Assembly: GCA_030832455.1 (NCBI GenBank)
Contig: JAURJB010000001.1
Location: forward strand, 7,590 to 71,589
Source of the DNA: Acidimicrobiales bacterium
Lineage (GTDB): Bacteria; Actinomycetota; Acidimicrobiia; Acidimicrobiales; Ilumatobacteraceae
Direction: 5' to 3'
DNA length: 64,000 nt
Shown: one piece after another, positions 46,761-56,904 of the stretch
Numbering within the stretch: position 1 is the stretch's first letter
How the letters are laid out: each line of letters starts with the position of its first letter
Position numbers and translations under genes: made by a program
The notes under the pieces: generated by a model
What the model saw: the letters and a program-made list of their open reading frames with translations, nothing else
Databases searched by the model: none
Told to the model about the DNA's origin: nothing

Positions 46761-47084
46761 ATGCCAATCCCCCCAAAGACACGTGGCATTGTGTATGAAT
46801 CCAAGGCGTTTATTAATCACGGAAGAGTGGTTGATGTGGCCGTTGCGTTCGTTATGGGTGTCACGTTTACAACAGTGATTGATGCCGTCGCAGGCGATGG
46901 AAAGGACAATCAAGGGATTCTTGGCAGCCTGTTTGCTGCGATTCTCAATTTCTTGATGGTCGGCACCGTAATGTTTTTTGTTATCAAGGCTTATGGGCGA
47001 TTTCGTGATGTGAAAGCCGAAGAGATGACCAATGACCTATTGAAATCGATTCGCTACGAACTCCGAGAGCAAAACAAACAATAA
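46761..47084 (+). CDS. mscL: Large-conductance mechanosensitive channel, short form
   Basis: KAFINHGRVVDVAVAFVMGVTF (the TM1 signature F..RGNV.DLAV.V.IG..F) and ILNFLMVGTVMFFVIKAY (TM2). GTG 46791 is a likely alternative start. Confidence 0.75.
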   Translation: MPIPPKTRGIVYESKAFINHGRVVDVAVAFVMGVTFTTVIDAVAGDGKDNQGILGSLFAAILNFLMVGTVMFFVIKAYGRFRDVKAEEMTNDLLKSIRYELREQNKQ

Positions 47085-47933
47085 ATGAAACGAAGTAGTC
47101 TGATTTCAGGCACAATTGCTGTGTCGCTTGCCGCCATAATTTCGTGGGGTGCCTATCGATTTGTTGTCAATAGTGGCACGTATCTCAGTGGCGTTGGCCG
47201 AATTCCTGGTGGCGATTTCAATACCTTGGTTACGTTGCCCGACGGCGTTGATGTGACATTCCCCGAACTCATTGGGAAAATGATTGGCCCACAGATTCAG
47301 GGTAATCGTGTGTTGATGATTGGTGACTCAATTTTCGCATCAACATCTTCGCGCTATGGCAATGAAATGTGCGACACGTTGACAAAGCTTGGTTGGCAGG
47401 TTGCAGTTGAAGCACAGGCGGGTGAATTTGTAGATTTTGGATCACGCGTGTTGGGTCGCAGATGGGAAGAGGGTTGGGACACTGCGGTGGTGTTTTTAGG
47501 AACGAATTTTGATGGAAATATCGTGAGATACGAAGAAAAACTCCGCGAAATGTTTGATGTGTTATCCCAAAACCCATTTGTGGTGTTGACCACTGCGGAA
47601 TTTCGACCAAAGCAATTAGAAGTCAATGAAGTTATCAAACGACTTGCAGGAGAGTACGGAAATGTCACGGTGCTTGATTGGGCTGCAGTTGCGAACAGCA
47701 ATGGTTTGATTGGTAGAGATGGCGTTCACCTCACTGCAGACGGGCGAGCGGTACTGGCAACAGCGGTTGCGCGTTCACTTGAATTTTCGCGAGATCGAAC
47801 GAATGGGCAGTGTTTGAGGCCCGTCTTTAGAGACGACTCAAAAGTGCTTGATGCAATGCCAACAACGGTTGCTGATGAAACGATGACTACAGATGCAGTT
47901 GAGGATGGCGGGGCAACTACGGTTGTTCCATGA
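47085..47933 (+). CDS. Membrane-anchored SGNH/GDSL-like hydrolase
   Basis: N-terminal TM segment, block I MIGDSIF, block III GTNFDG, and block V DGVHLT. Confidence 0.7.
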   Translation: MKRSSLISGTIAVSLAAIISWGAYRFVVNSGTYLSGVGRIPGGDFNTLVTLPDGVDVTFPELIGKMIGPQIQGNRVLMIGDSIFASTSSRYGNEMCDTLTKLGWQVAVEAQAGEFVDFGSRVLGRRWEEGWDTAVVFLGTNFDGNIVRYEEKLREMFDVLSQNPFVVLTTAEFRPKQLEVNEVIKRLAGEYGNVTVLDWAAVANSNGLIGRDGVHLTADGRAVLATAVARSLEFSRDRTNGQCLRPVFRDDSKVLDAMPTTVADETMTTDAVEDGGATTVVP

Positions 47934-48850
47934 CCAACCGTATGAACATAGGAATATTCGGCTCAAACAACGACAGCACTGTTGACGGCGTACTCGCTGA
48001 GGCTGCTGCCGCAGAACGTGATGGGTTTGCTTCATACTGGCAATCACAAATCTTTGGTCTTGATGCGCTCAGCACATTGTCGGTAGTTGGGCATCAGGTG
48101 CCGCGAATTGAATTGGGAACCAGTGTGATCCCTACCTACCCGCGCCACCCGATGATGTTGGCGCAGCAGGCACTGACAGCGAACCAGGCAAGCGGTGGTC
48201 GTTTGTGCTTGGGTATCGGTCTAAGTCATCAAGTGGTGATTGAAGGAATGCTCAACCTGTCCTTTGACAAGCCACTGCGTCACATGAAGGAGTACTTGTC
48301 AATCCTGATGCCATTGATTCATGACCAGAAGGTGTCGTTTGCTGGCGAGACGTTAACAACGCATGCCGAACTGACTATCGGCAAACCGCAAAGTTGTGAC
48401 GTGGTAATTGCTGCGCTCGGGCCACAGATGTTGCGACTTGCTGCAGCAATGACACAAGGAACCCTGACATGGTGTACAGGTCCAGAAACCCTGCGCACTT
48501 TGACCGTTCCAACTATTACCGAAGCCGCCGAGAAACTCGGTAAGCCTCAACCTCGCGTGATCGCTGCGCTGCCGGTGTGTGTAACAAAAGATGTTGAAAG
48601 CGCACGAGCACGAGCAGCCCAAGTATTTGCGGTGTACGGACAATTACCGAGCTACCGGGCAATGCTTGATCACGAAGGCGCTGCTGGTCCTGCAGATGTT
48701 GCCATCATCGGGTCGGCAAGCGAAGTATTTGACAAGGTGGCTGCGCTTCAGGAAGTCGGCGTTACCGATTTCGGTGGCGTGGAGTTCGGTGCAACTCCAG
48801 ATGAGCAACACGACACTCGTGAAATGCTGAAGTCGCTACTCAAGCGTTAG
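47930..48850 (+). CDS. Luciferase-like (LLM class) flavin/F420-dependent oxidoreductase
   Basis: The overall LLM pattern (ERDGFASYW, LGTSVIPTYPRHP, LGIGLSH). There is a 4-nt overlap with the upstream gene. Confidence 0.8.
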   Translation: MTNRMNIGIFGSNNDSTVDGVLAEAAAAERDGFASYWQSQIFGLDALSTLSVVGHQVPRIELGTSVIPTYPRHPMMLAQQALTANQASGGRLCLGIGLSHQVVIEGMLNLSFDKPLRHMKEYLSILMPLIHDQKVSFAGETLTTHAELTIGKPQSCDVVIAALGPQMLRLAAAMTQGTLTWCTGPETLRTLTVPTITEAAEKLGKPQPRVIAALPVCVTKDVESARARAAQVFAVYGQLPSYRAMLDHEGAAGPADVAIIGSASEVFDKVAALQEVGVTDFGGVEFGATPDEQHDTREMLKSLLKR

Positions 48851-48858
48851 GTGCACAA

Positions 48859-50517
48859 CTAGCGAACGTTGATTTTTACGCCAGGGTTGGCGTTAATCGC
48901 ATCAAAGAAATCGTTGCCTTTGTCATCAACCACGATGAAGGCAGGAAAATCTTGAACTTCAATTTTCCATACGGCTTCCATGCCGAGTTCTGCATACTCA
49001 AGCACTTCGACCTTGGTGATGCAGTCTTGTGCGAGTCGAGCAGCAGGGCCACCGATAGATCCAAGGTAAAAACCGCCGTAGGTATTGCATGCATCGGTAA
49101 CTTGTCGTGAACGATTGCCCTTGGCAAGCATGACGAAACTTCCACCTGCAGCCTGGAAGTCGGCAACGTAACTGTCCATTCGTCCAGCAGTGGTTGGCCC
49201 GAATGACCCAGATGCAAAACCTTCAGGTGTCTTTGCTGGGCCTGCGTAATACACGCAATGATCTTTCATGTATTGCGGAAGACCGTCACCAGCGTCGAGA
49301 CGCTCTTTGATTTTGGAGTGTGCGATGTCGCGGGCAACGACCATTGGTCCAGTAAGCATCACTCGAGTTTTGACGGGATACTTCGACAACGTGTCTCGAA
49401 TTTCAGACATTGGTTTGTTGAGATCGATTGCCACGACTTCTGCAGCAAGTTGATCTGCGGTGACTTCTGGCAGGAAGCGAGCTGGATCGGTTTCGAGTTG
49501 CTCGAGGAAGATTCCGTGCTTGTTGATTTTGCCGAGTGCCTGACGATCGGCACTGCAACTGACCGCCATCGCAACGGGGCAACTAGCTCCGTGACGAGGG
49601 AGCCGGATGACGCGCACATCGTGGCAGAAGTATTTTCCGCCAAATTGTGCACCGATACCGGTTTGTTGCGAGAGTTCAAGCATCTTGCGTTCAAGATCAA
49701 GATCACGGAATGCATGGCCGAGCGCACTGCCTGCTGTGGGCAGTGAATCGAGGTAACGAGCACTCGCCAATTTGGCGACTTCAACTGCGTATTCCGCAGA
49801 AGTTCCACCGATCACAATTGCCAGGTGATACGGAGGGCATGCAGCAGTGCCAAGAGTTTTCATTTTGTCAAACGCCCACGGAAGCAGCGATTTTTCATTG
49901 AGGAGCGCTTTGGTTTCCTGGAACAAGTAACTCTTGTTGGCCGAACCGCCGCCTTTAGCCATGAACAAAAACTTGTATTCGTCACCATCAACTGCAGAGA
50001 TTTTGATTTCTGCCGGCAAGTTGGTGTTGGTGTTTACTTCTTCGTACATCGACAGCGGTGCAAGTTGGCTGTAGCGCAGGTTGCTGGTGAGGTAGGTGTT
50101 GTACACGCCGCGTGAAATCGCTTCTTCGTCGTTGCCACCCGTAAACACGAACTGTCCCTTTTTACCCTTAACGATCGCGGTGCCTGTGTCTTGGCACATC
50201 GGCAACACGCCGCCAGCCGAAATGCTCGCGTTCTTCAACAAGTCGAGTGCAACGAAGCGGTCGTTGTCGCTTGCTTCGGGGTCAGTCAAGATGTCGGCAA
50301 GTTGTTGTAAGTGTCCAGGACGCAAGAGGTGTGCAATGTCGCGCATTGCATGCTCGGTCAGAGTGACAATTGCTGCAGGATCAACTTTAAGAAATGTGCC
50401 TTCAGGAGTTTCAAAAGTGGAAACACCTTCAGTGCTGATCAATCGATATTCGGTGGTGTCTGGGCCAAGTGGAAGTAACTCGGAAAACTGAAATGGTGCA
50501 GGGTTTGGCTTTGTCAT
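48859..50517 (-). CDS. Class I (Fe-S) fumarate hydratase, fused alpha/beta type
   Basis: About 550 aa with [10 protein letters not shown] and the GGTSAE... and C-terminal GPTTAGRMD motifs. Start trimmed to MTKPNPAPF (TAATG overlap with the upstream gene). Confidence 0.9.
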   Translation of the reverse strand: MTKPNPAPFQFSELLPLGPDTTEYRLISTEGVSTFETPEGTFLKVDPAAIVTLTEHAMRDIAHLLRPGHLQQLADILTDPEASDNDRFVALDLLKNASISAGGVLPMCQDTGTAIVKGKKGQFVFTGGNDEEAISRGVYNTYLTSNLRYSQLAPLSMYEEVNTNTNLPAEIKISAVDGDEYKFLFMAKGGGSANKSYLFQETKALLNEKSLLPWAFDKMKTLGTAACPPYHLAIVIGGTSAEYAVEVAKLASARYLDSLPTAGSALGHAFRDLDLERKMLELSQQTGIGAQFGGKYFCHDVRVIRLPRHGASCPVAMAVSCSADRQALGKINKHGIFLEQLETDPARFLPEVTADQLAAEVVAIDLNKPMSEIRDTLSKYPVKTRVMLTGPMVVARDIAHSKIKERLDAGDGLPQYMKDHCVYYAGPAKTPEGFASGSFGPTTAGRMDSYVADFQAAGGSFVMLAKGNRSRQVTDACNTYGGFYLGSIGGPAARLAQDCITKVEVLEYAELGMEAVWKIEVQDFPAFIVVDDKGNDFFDAINANPGVKINVR

Positions 50518-51023
50518 TACACGAGTGCCGGCGTGCCTTTGAAGGTGCCGGGATCGCCCGCTGCGGGAATCAGTGGGCGAGACCACTTCACGGTGTCGGC
50601 AATGTACTCAGCAACTTCACGCCACGCAGCAGGACTCCAGCCTTGTGCGCTGTGTGGCACGGTTCCGTCTGACTGGATGAACACAAACGCAGGCAGTTCG
50701 GTGAGGCCAAGTTGTTTGACCAGCGTGCGATCAGGATCGATAAATGTTAAAAACTCTTCTGCAAGTGGCCCGAGAAACTTTTTAGCATCCGCTTCGGGTG
50801 CGGTGACAATGAAGTTCACTCGCGTTGCTGCGCCAGCGAACTGGTGCAAGATGCGCGATGCAGTCTTTAATATCCAGGCGCTCTCATTGGTATAGGGATC
50901 AATGACGATCGAGGTGAGATGGAAGGTCATCAACCATTCACGGAGAGGGCGTGCCTCGCCCGTGAGGGGCTTGAGTGAAGTATCGAGAGAAGGTGCATTT
51001 GCCACAGGATGAGACGGTAGCAA
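50517..51023 (-). CDS. Thioredoxin-fold-like hypothetical protein (no cysteines)
   Basis: 168 aa with a beta-alpha-beta pattern (LTSIVIDPY...NFIVTAP...AFVFIQSDG). There is no Cys at all, so it is not a redox-active thioredoxin. Translationally coupled to fumarase. Confidence 0.5.
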   Translation of the reverse strand: MLPSHPVANAPSLDTSLKPLTGEARPLREWLMTFHLTSIVIDPYTNESAWILKTASRILHQFAGAATRVNFIVTAPEADAKKFLGPLAEEFLTFIDPDRTLVKQLGLTELPAFVFIQSDGTVPHSAQGWSPAAWREVAEYIADTVKWSRPLIPAAGDPGTFKGTPALV

Positions 51024-51046
51024 GTTAGAGCACTAGCGTCTCATCA

Positions 51047-51847
51047 ATGCACCCGATTGAGCACCTGCGCTATGTGGCGCGTGCCACTGGGGCCGACCCG
51101 GTTGCGCTGGTAACCGAGACCGCCCAAGCCCTGCACGGGCTGAGTCATGAACCTGCCGGCCTGGTGCTGACCGCACGCCGAATCGTGGAGCGGCACCCCA
51201 CATGTGCTCCGTTGTGGTGGTTGTGCGCACAGACACTTTCTGCACTCGACCCATTCGAGCGGCTTGCCGAATTGCAAAAAGAAATTGATCGAGACCAAAC
51301 GACTGATTTCTTGATTGATGAATTGATATCGGTGTCAACGGTTGCATGTGTTGGGTGGAGCCCAACTGCACTCGAAGCACTGGTGCAACGTGGTGACTGT
51401 ACGGCGTTGATTATTGATTCGTTCGGATCGGCCGATAGCGCCGTGAACGCGTTAGAGCGTGTGAACGTTGCGGCCGAGGTGGTGTCGATGGAACATGCTG
51501 CGCACGCGGTTACACGCTGTGATGTCGTAGTGCTAGATGCGCTGGGGTGCGGCCCAGATGAATTGTTGATGTCAGCCGGGTCGCATGCAGTAGCAGCACT
51601 TGCTTACGTTGCGGGGAAGCCCGCATACGTGACTGCACGTAAGGGAACACGTCTGCCTGGCGAATTGTGGGAAGCGATGAAAGCGCGTACAAGTGATGTA
51701 AGTGCTCCGTGGCGAACCGAAGTTGATGTTGTGCCGCGAGCACTCGTTGGGCCCATCATCGGCCCGGGCGGAGTCGTTGATGCATCAATGCCAGTTGTTG
51801 CCGAATGCAGTCCTACGACTGAGATGCTCGTCCGCAGTGCGATGTAG
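51047..51847 (+). CDS. Hypothetical protein
   Basis: 266-aa ORF with coding-like composition. It has a weak resemblance to the eIF-2B-like fold only, and no motif I can name. Confidence 0.5.
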   Translation: MHPIEHLRYVARATGADPVALVTETAQALHGLSHEPAGLVLTARRIVERHPTCAPLWWLCAQTLSALDPFERLAELQKEIDRDQTTDFLIDELISVSTVACVGWSPTALEALVQRGDCTALIIDSFGSADSAVNALERVNVAAEVVSMEHAAHAVTRCDVVVLDALGCGPDELLMSAGSHAVAALAYVAGKPAYVTARKGTRLPGELWEAMKARTSDVSAPWRTEVDVVPRALVGPIIGPGGVVDASMPVVAECSPTTEMLVRSAM

Positions 51848-51857
51848 CCTGTAGACC

Positions 51858-52799
51858 ATGTCAGCACGCTCACGCAATCTTCCACGCCGTTCTTGTCTGT
51901 CGATTCCTGGTTCATCAGAGAAAATGCTGGGCAAGGGCCCCGGCATTCCTGCCGACATGGTGTTTCTCGACCTTGAAGATGCAGTTGCACCAAAAGAGAA
52001 GGAAGCATCGCGCACCAAGATCGCAGTAGCAATTCGTGACAATGACTGGGGCGACAAAGTGTTGTGCGTTCGAGTCAACGACTGGAGCACGAAGTGGACT
52101 GCCTTCGACATCATTGAAGTCGTGGGCAACGCGGGTGAACGCCTTGACGAAATTATGTTGCCAAAAGTTGAGTCGGCAGCCCAGATTGTGGCTACCGACA
52201 TGTTGCTTCGCCAAGTAGAAATCTCGGCTGGTTTGCCAATCGGTCATATCGGCATCGAAGCGCAAATCGAAACTGCGCGCGGACTCATCAACGTTGAAGA
52301 AATCTGTGCAGCAAGCCCACGACTTGAAACCATCATCTTTGGACCAGCCGACTTCGCTGCAAGCATGGAAATGCCAGTGCTGACAGGTGGCGTGAAGATC
52401 GACGAATACCCAGGTGATCATTTTCACTACGTGTACAACAAGATCTTGATGGCAGGACGTGCAAATGGACTCCAAGTGATTGACGGTCCGTTCTTGCATG
52501 TACGCGACAGCGATGCATTGCGCGAATACAGCATGCGCTCACGCATTCTTGGCTACGACGGAAAGTGGGCATTGCACCCAGACCAAGTAACCGTCTTGAA
52601 CGATGTGTTCTCACCAACACAAGAGCAGTTCGACAAGGCTTGGTCCATTCTTGATGCCTACAAAGAGGCAACAGAGGGTGAAGGCAAGGGTGCAGTCATG
52701 TTCGGCAACGAAATGATTGACGAAGCCAGTCGCAAGATGGCGTTGAAGTTCATCTCGCGTGGCGAGCGTGCAGGTCGCAAGCGTTCACCACAAGCGTGA
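51858..52799 (+). CDS. HpcH/HpaI aldolase / citrate lyase beta (CitE)-like acyl-CoA lyase
   Basis: RSCLSIPGSS...ADMVFLDLEDAV...EAQIETA...FGPADF motifs of the CitE family. Confidence 0.85.
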   Translation: MSARSRNLPRRSCLSIPGSSEKMLGKGPGIPADMVFLDLEDAVAPKEKEASRTKIAVAIRDNDWGDKVLCVRVNDWSTKWTAFDIIEVVGNAGERLDEIMLPKVESAAQIVATDMLLRQVEISAGLPIGHIGIEAQIETARGLINVEEICAASPRLETIIFGPADFAASMEMPVLTGGVKIDEYPGDHFHYVYNKILMAGRANGLQVIDGPFLHVRDSDALREYSMRSRILGYDGKWALHPDQVTVLNDVFSPTQEQFDKAWSILDAYKEATEGEGKGAVMFGNEMIDEASRKMALKFISRGERAGRKRSPQA

Positions 52800-53509
52800 C
52801 TAAACGTTTCGACGCAGTTCTGTTTGATGCCGGTGGCATCTTTTTATTACCTGACCCCATTTCGTTAGGCGCAATCGTTCACGCGCATGGCGGCGATGGT
52901 TCAATTGAGCGTTTAATGCGTGCGCATTATGCGGGCATGGAGCGTCTAGACAATGTTGCACGCGAAACCGCAAAGGAAACGATTGATGGTTTCAGTTGGG
53001 ATCCGTATCGCGACGCATACGTAGAGGCTGCTGGAATCACAGGGTCTGCCGCTGTAGCTGCAAGTGAACAGTTGCGCAAAATGTTTTCGCCGTTTCTATG
53101 GCGATACCCAATTCTCGAATCCGCTGCAGCGTTATGGCGTATGCATCTCGATGGTTTACCGATCGGAATTGTGTCAAACGCCAGTGGCCAAGTGGAAGCA
53201 ACGCTTGCGAACCAGTGCATTTGCCAGGTGGGAACAGGCGCGGGGGTGCCTGTGATGATCGTGACCGATTCGCACGTGATCGGAACTGCCAAGCCACATC
53301 CTGGAATCTTTCGTGATGCGCTGGCCCTGATGGAAAGTAAAGGCATCGCACGCGACCGAATTGCATACGTTGGCGATTCGTACGTCAACGATGTTGAAGG
53401 TGCGCGTAACGCATCAATTCATCCGATATTGCTCGACCCATACAACGATCATGCAAGCTACGACTGTGAGCGAATTACTTCGCTACATGATTTGCTTGAA
53501 TTTATTTAG
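52796..53509 (+). CDS. HAD family hydrolase
   Basis: Motif I VLFDAGG, motif II VSNAS, and motif IV YVGDSYVNDVEGA. There is a 4-nt overlap with the CitE-like gene. Confidence 0.8.
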   Translation: MTKRFDAVLFDAGGIFLLPDPISLGAIVHAHGGDGSIERLMRAHYAGMERLDNVARETAKETIDGFSWDPYRDAYVEAAGITGSAAVAASEQLRKMFSPFLWRYPILESAAALWRMHLDGLPIGIVSNASGQVEATLANQCICQVGTGAGVPVMIVTDSHVIGTAKPHPGIFRDALALMESKGIARDRIAYVGDSYVNDVEGARNASIHPILLDPYNDHASYDCERITSLHDLLEFI

Positions 53510-55121
53510 CGTTTGATTCTTCGACCATTCGTCGAGCAATCACTTTCAAGCACAAGGTTTCGTCGGCGCCTTCAAAGATCGACAACACGCGAGCGTCAAC
53601 AAAGAGACGGCTCACCGAGTATTCCTCGGCGTAACCAAAACCACCATGAATTTGCATTGCTTCGCGTGATACCCACTCGGCTGCTTTGCATACGTAGGCC
53701 TTCACCATGCTGGCTTCCATCTGGCCCTCGCCTTTGCCCATGAGCTTGGCAACGGTGTAAGAAAACTGGCGTGAAGCCTGGGTGATTACGGCCATGCGTC
53801 CCAACTTGACTTGAGTCAGTTGGTACTCGGCAATGTTGTGGCCAAATACTTTTCGGTTGTTGGCGTATTCAACTGCTGATTCGTAAGCAGCCTGCATCAC
53901 GCCGACAGCGCGAGCAGCTGTCTGCAATCGACCGTTTTCGAAACCGCTCATCTGGTAGTAGAAACCTTTACCAAGTCCAGACTCTTCACCGATCAAATGG
54001 TCTGCAGGGACAAACCAATTCTCAATTGCGATTTCATAACTGTGCATTCCGCGATAGCCAATGGTGTCGATCGGTCGGCCTTCCATCTTGCCGCCACCTG
54101 GTTGCTTAAACATGAAGCCATGTGCTTCACCCAGTGGTTTTGGCACGATAAACAGGCTGAGCCCGCGGTGAGTTTTGCTGCGGTCGGGATCGGTTCGTGC
54201 CAACAGCATCAATACGTTTGCACGAGCAGCAAAGGTGCACCATGTCTTTACGCCGTTGATGATGTAACCGTCGATGCCTTCTTCGTTCTTGCCTTTCACC
54301 GCCATGGTGGTGAGGTTGGCGACGTCACTTCCGTAATCGGGTTCGGTAACGGCAACAGCAGCCATCACTTCGGCAGAGGCAAGTTTTGGTAACCATTCTT
54401 GCTTTTGAGCTTCGGTGCCACCGTTAACAAGTGCTCGCGTAAGAATTTCTGGGCGAGTGATGAGTGAACCGCCGATACCAAGCGAGGCGCGTGACAATTC
54501 TTCAGTAGCAATGCAGTTGGCCATGTACTCGCCATCGCCACCTTCGCTGAAGCCACCGTATTCAGAAGGAACGGAAAGTCCGAATGCACCGAGCTCGGCC
54601 AAACCAGAGATGATTTCCTCGGGAACATCAAGATTGTGTCGGTGAACGTGTTCGGCGTGAGGGGCAATCACTTTGGTTGCAAAACTGCGAAACGTGTCCT
54701 GCACCATTTCAAATTCGTCTTCAAGGTGACGTGGGCCAGGAGTTGCGGCAAGCGAAGCAAGAAACTCTGGCTCGCGGAATGTGGTCATAAAGTCGTACGC
54801 CGATGCAAGCGGTTGCTCGCCAACACCCCACATGTGTTCGCGTCCAAGCAAGCGTGTGCTCACTTCGTGCAACATGTCGGCAACAAACGCACACGTGATC
54901 AGTGCTTCGGTGGTTCCCTTATTGCCATAATCAATCAGTGAGCGAGCAGTCTCTACCGCTGATGCGCTATGCGCGAGATCGTATGCCAACACCTGATGAA
55001 CATCTGGTCCACCAGTGGCTGAAAGCGTGCGAATACCCTTGCCGACGACTTGTCGAGCAAGGTCGGTGACTTCCGCAGCGCGCGTGAGATCGGGTGTTGG
55101 AGATGAAGTTGCGGTCGTCAT
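53502..55121 (-). CDS. Acyl-CoA dehydrogenase (long form with N-terminal extension)
   Basis: TEPDYGSD, the WCTFAARAN region, and the C-terminal QIHGGFGYAEEY. Confidence 0.88.
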   Translation of the reverse strand: MTTATSSPTPDLTRAAEVTDLARQVVGKGIRTLSATGGPDVHQVLAYDLAHSASAVETARSLIDYGNKGTTEALITCAFVADMLHEVSTRLLGREHMWGVGEQPLASAYDFMTTFREPEFLASLAATPGPRHLEDEFEMVQDTFRSFATKVIAPHAEHVHRHNLDVPEEIISGLAELGAFGLSVPSEYGGFSEGGDGEYMANCIATEELSRASLGIGGSLITRPEILTRALVNGGTEAQKQEWLPKLASAEVMAAVAVTEPDYGSDVANLTTMAVKGKNEEGIDGYIINGVKTWCTFAARANVLMLLARTDPDRSKTHRGLSLFIVPKPLGEAHGFMFKQPGGGKMEGRPIDTIGYRGMHSYEIAIENWFVPADHLIGEESGLGKGFYYQMSGFENGRLQTAARAVGVMQAAYESAVEYANNRKVFGHNIAEYQLTQVKLGRMAVITQASRQFSYTVAKLMGKGEGQMEASMVKAYVCKAAEWVSREAMQIHGGFGYAEEYSVSRLFVDARVLSIFEGADETLCLKVIARRMVEESNAK

Positions 55122-55192
55122 AAGCCAAACGCTAGTTACGTATGGCGCAGATGGCCTAACCCAGCCCCTCGCTGACGCCTACCATTTAGGGC

Positions 55193-56359
55193 ATGTTGGG
55201 TCTCGGTGGGTTGAAATCGCTTTTCACCACTGCCAAGTGGGTGTTGTTTGGCGCTGTTCTGTACTTTTTTGTTCTCCCACTGATCCCGGGCTTTCGTCAA
55301 GCAATAGCCGACCTCTCCCAGATCAGGCCGTCGCTGTTGGTGCTTGGACTTGGCTTGGAGTTCGCGGCGTTGTTTAGTTACTCGTTACTCACCAAGGCTG
55401 CATTGGCCGAACACGGTAATGAGATTTCGGTGATGCGCCTATTCCGTATCCAATTGAGTACCAAGTCGCTGGGCAACATTTTGCCCGGCGGTAGCGCGGC
55501 CAGCACTGCACTTGGCTACCGCATGTTGACGTTGTCGGGCGTTGCAGGCCCCGACGCAGGGTTTGCGCTTGCCACCGCCGGTCTTGGCTCGGCAGTGATG
55601 TTGAACTTGATTTTATGGGTTGGTCTGATTGTTTCGGCAGGTCGCGGAGTGAACGCAGCGTACGGCACCGCGGCAATCATCGGAATCATTTTGATGTTGA
55701 TCGCTGCAGCGTTGATTTTTGGCCTGATCGACGGGCAGGGAAGAGCTGAGCGTTTTTTACGCTGGTGTGCGCGCAAACTTCGTCTAGACGAAAATCATGC
55801 TGCAGAAGTACTCGAACACTTAGGGAATCGCTTACAAGGTTTGGCTTCAGAGCCACGACTATTAGTGCGAGTACTGGGTTGGGCGCTCGTCAACTGGTTG
55901 CTCGACATGGTCGCACTGTGGGTATTCATTCGAGCATTTGGAGGCAACGTTGCACCTGATGCGCTGATTGTTGCGTTTGGGCTGGCAAATATTTTGTCGG
56001 TGGTTCCCATCACGCCGGGCGGACTTGGCATTGTCGAAGGTATTTACATTCCAACGCTTGTCGGATTCGGATTGTCAACAAATACTGCAACCGTTGGTGT
56101 GTTGACGTATCGCATTGCTCAATACTGGCTGCCCATTGTCGCTGGTGGGTTCACATATCTGTCGTTACGTGTCGGCCCGTTTGCCATTGAGCGACATGAA
56201 AAACTTCGCTCACTTCGCAGAGTTACAAAAATGGCTACAGAACATCCAACGACCAAGTACGAGTTTCTCGAGCAGTATGCACCGCGTGACCGCACTGGTC
56301 AATACCCGCTGCCTCCGGTGAAGAACAAGTATTTACTTGGAGATGACGAAGAGGAGTAG
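55193..56359 (+). CDS. UPF0104 / lysylphosphatidylglycerol-synthase-TM-region-like membrane protein
   Basis: About 8 TM segments, with PITPGGLGIVEG near the C-terminal helices, characteristic of the flippase-like domain. Confidence 0.7.
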   Translation: MLGLGGLKSLFTTAKWVLFGAVLYFFVLPLIPGFRQAIADLSQIRPSLLVLGLGLEFAALFSYSLLTKAALAEHGNEISVMRLFRIQLSTKSLGNILPGGSAASTALGYRMLTLSGVAGPDAGFALATAGLGSAVMLNLILWVGLIVSAGRGVNAAYGTAAIIGIILMLIAAALIFGLIDGQGRAERFLRWCARKLRLDENHAAEVLEHLGNRLQGLASEPRLLVRVLGWALVNWLLDMVALWVFIRAFGGNVAPDALIVAFGLANILSVVPITPGGLGIVEGIYIPTLVGFGLSTNTATVGVLTYRIAQYWLPIVAGGFTYLSLRVGPFAIERHEKLRSLRRVTKMATEHPTTKYEFLEQYAPRDRTGQYPLPPVKNKYLLGDDEEE

Positions 56360-56368
56360 TTTGAGGTT

Positions 56369-56884
56369 ATGACAGTTCATGAGCGTTCATTTGGTAGAGC
56401 ACTAGAAGATTTTCAGGTTGGCGATGTGTATCGCCATTGGCCGGGCAAGACCATTACCGAGGCTGATGATCATCTGTTTTGCATGATCACGATGAACCAT
56501 CATCCATTACACACCAATGATTGGTTCGCGTCACAGAGTGTGCAAGGTCGCAATGTTGTGGTGGGCAACTTGGTGTATTCGCTGGTGTTAGGGATGAGTG
56601 TTCCCGATGTCAGTGGTGCGGCGATTGCCAATCTCGAAGTGGAAACGTTGCAACACAAGTTCCCGACGTTTCATGGCGACACCATTCATGCCGAAACGCG
56701 TGTTCTTGAAGTTGCCGAATCTAAATCAAAGAATGATCGTGGCGTGGTTACTGTAGAGACCAAGGGTTTTAACCAAGATGGCAAAGAAGTGTGCTATTTC
56801 CGCCGCCGAGTCATGGTCTGGAAACGTGAGTTCATGCCCAAGCGTGCCCGTCCGTACGACGGACAAGACGTCTGGAACAGCTAA
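56369..56884 (+). CDS. MaoC-like (R)-specific enoyl-CoA hydratase/dehydratase
   Basis: Hot-dog fold motifs: NHHPLHTN, and GDTIHAETRVLEV...DRGVVTVET. Confidence 0.85.
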   Translation: MTVHERSFGRALEDFQVGDVYRHWPGKTITEADDHLFCMITMNHHPLHTNDWFASQSVQGRNVVVGNLVYSLVLGMSVPDVSGAAIANLEVETLQHKFPTFHGDTIHAETRVLEVAESKSKNDRGVVTVETKGFNQDGKEVCYFRRRVMVWKREFMPKRARPYDGQDVWNS

Positions 56885-56904
56885 CAACAATCGTTGACCC
56901 ACTG

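Noticed and set aside
51915-52499. 194-aa ORF antisense to the CitE-like gene
   Set aside because: It is a shadow ORF. The sense strand has clear CitE family motifs.
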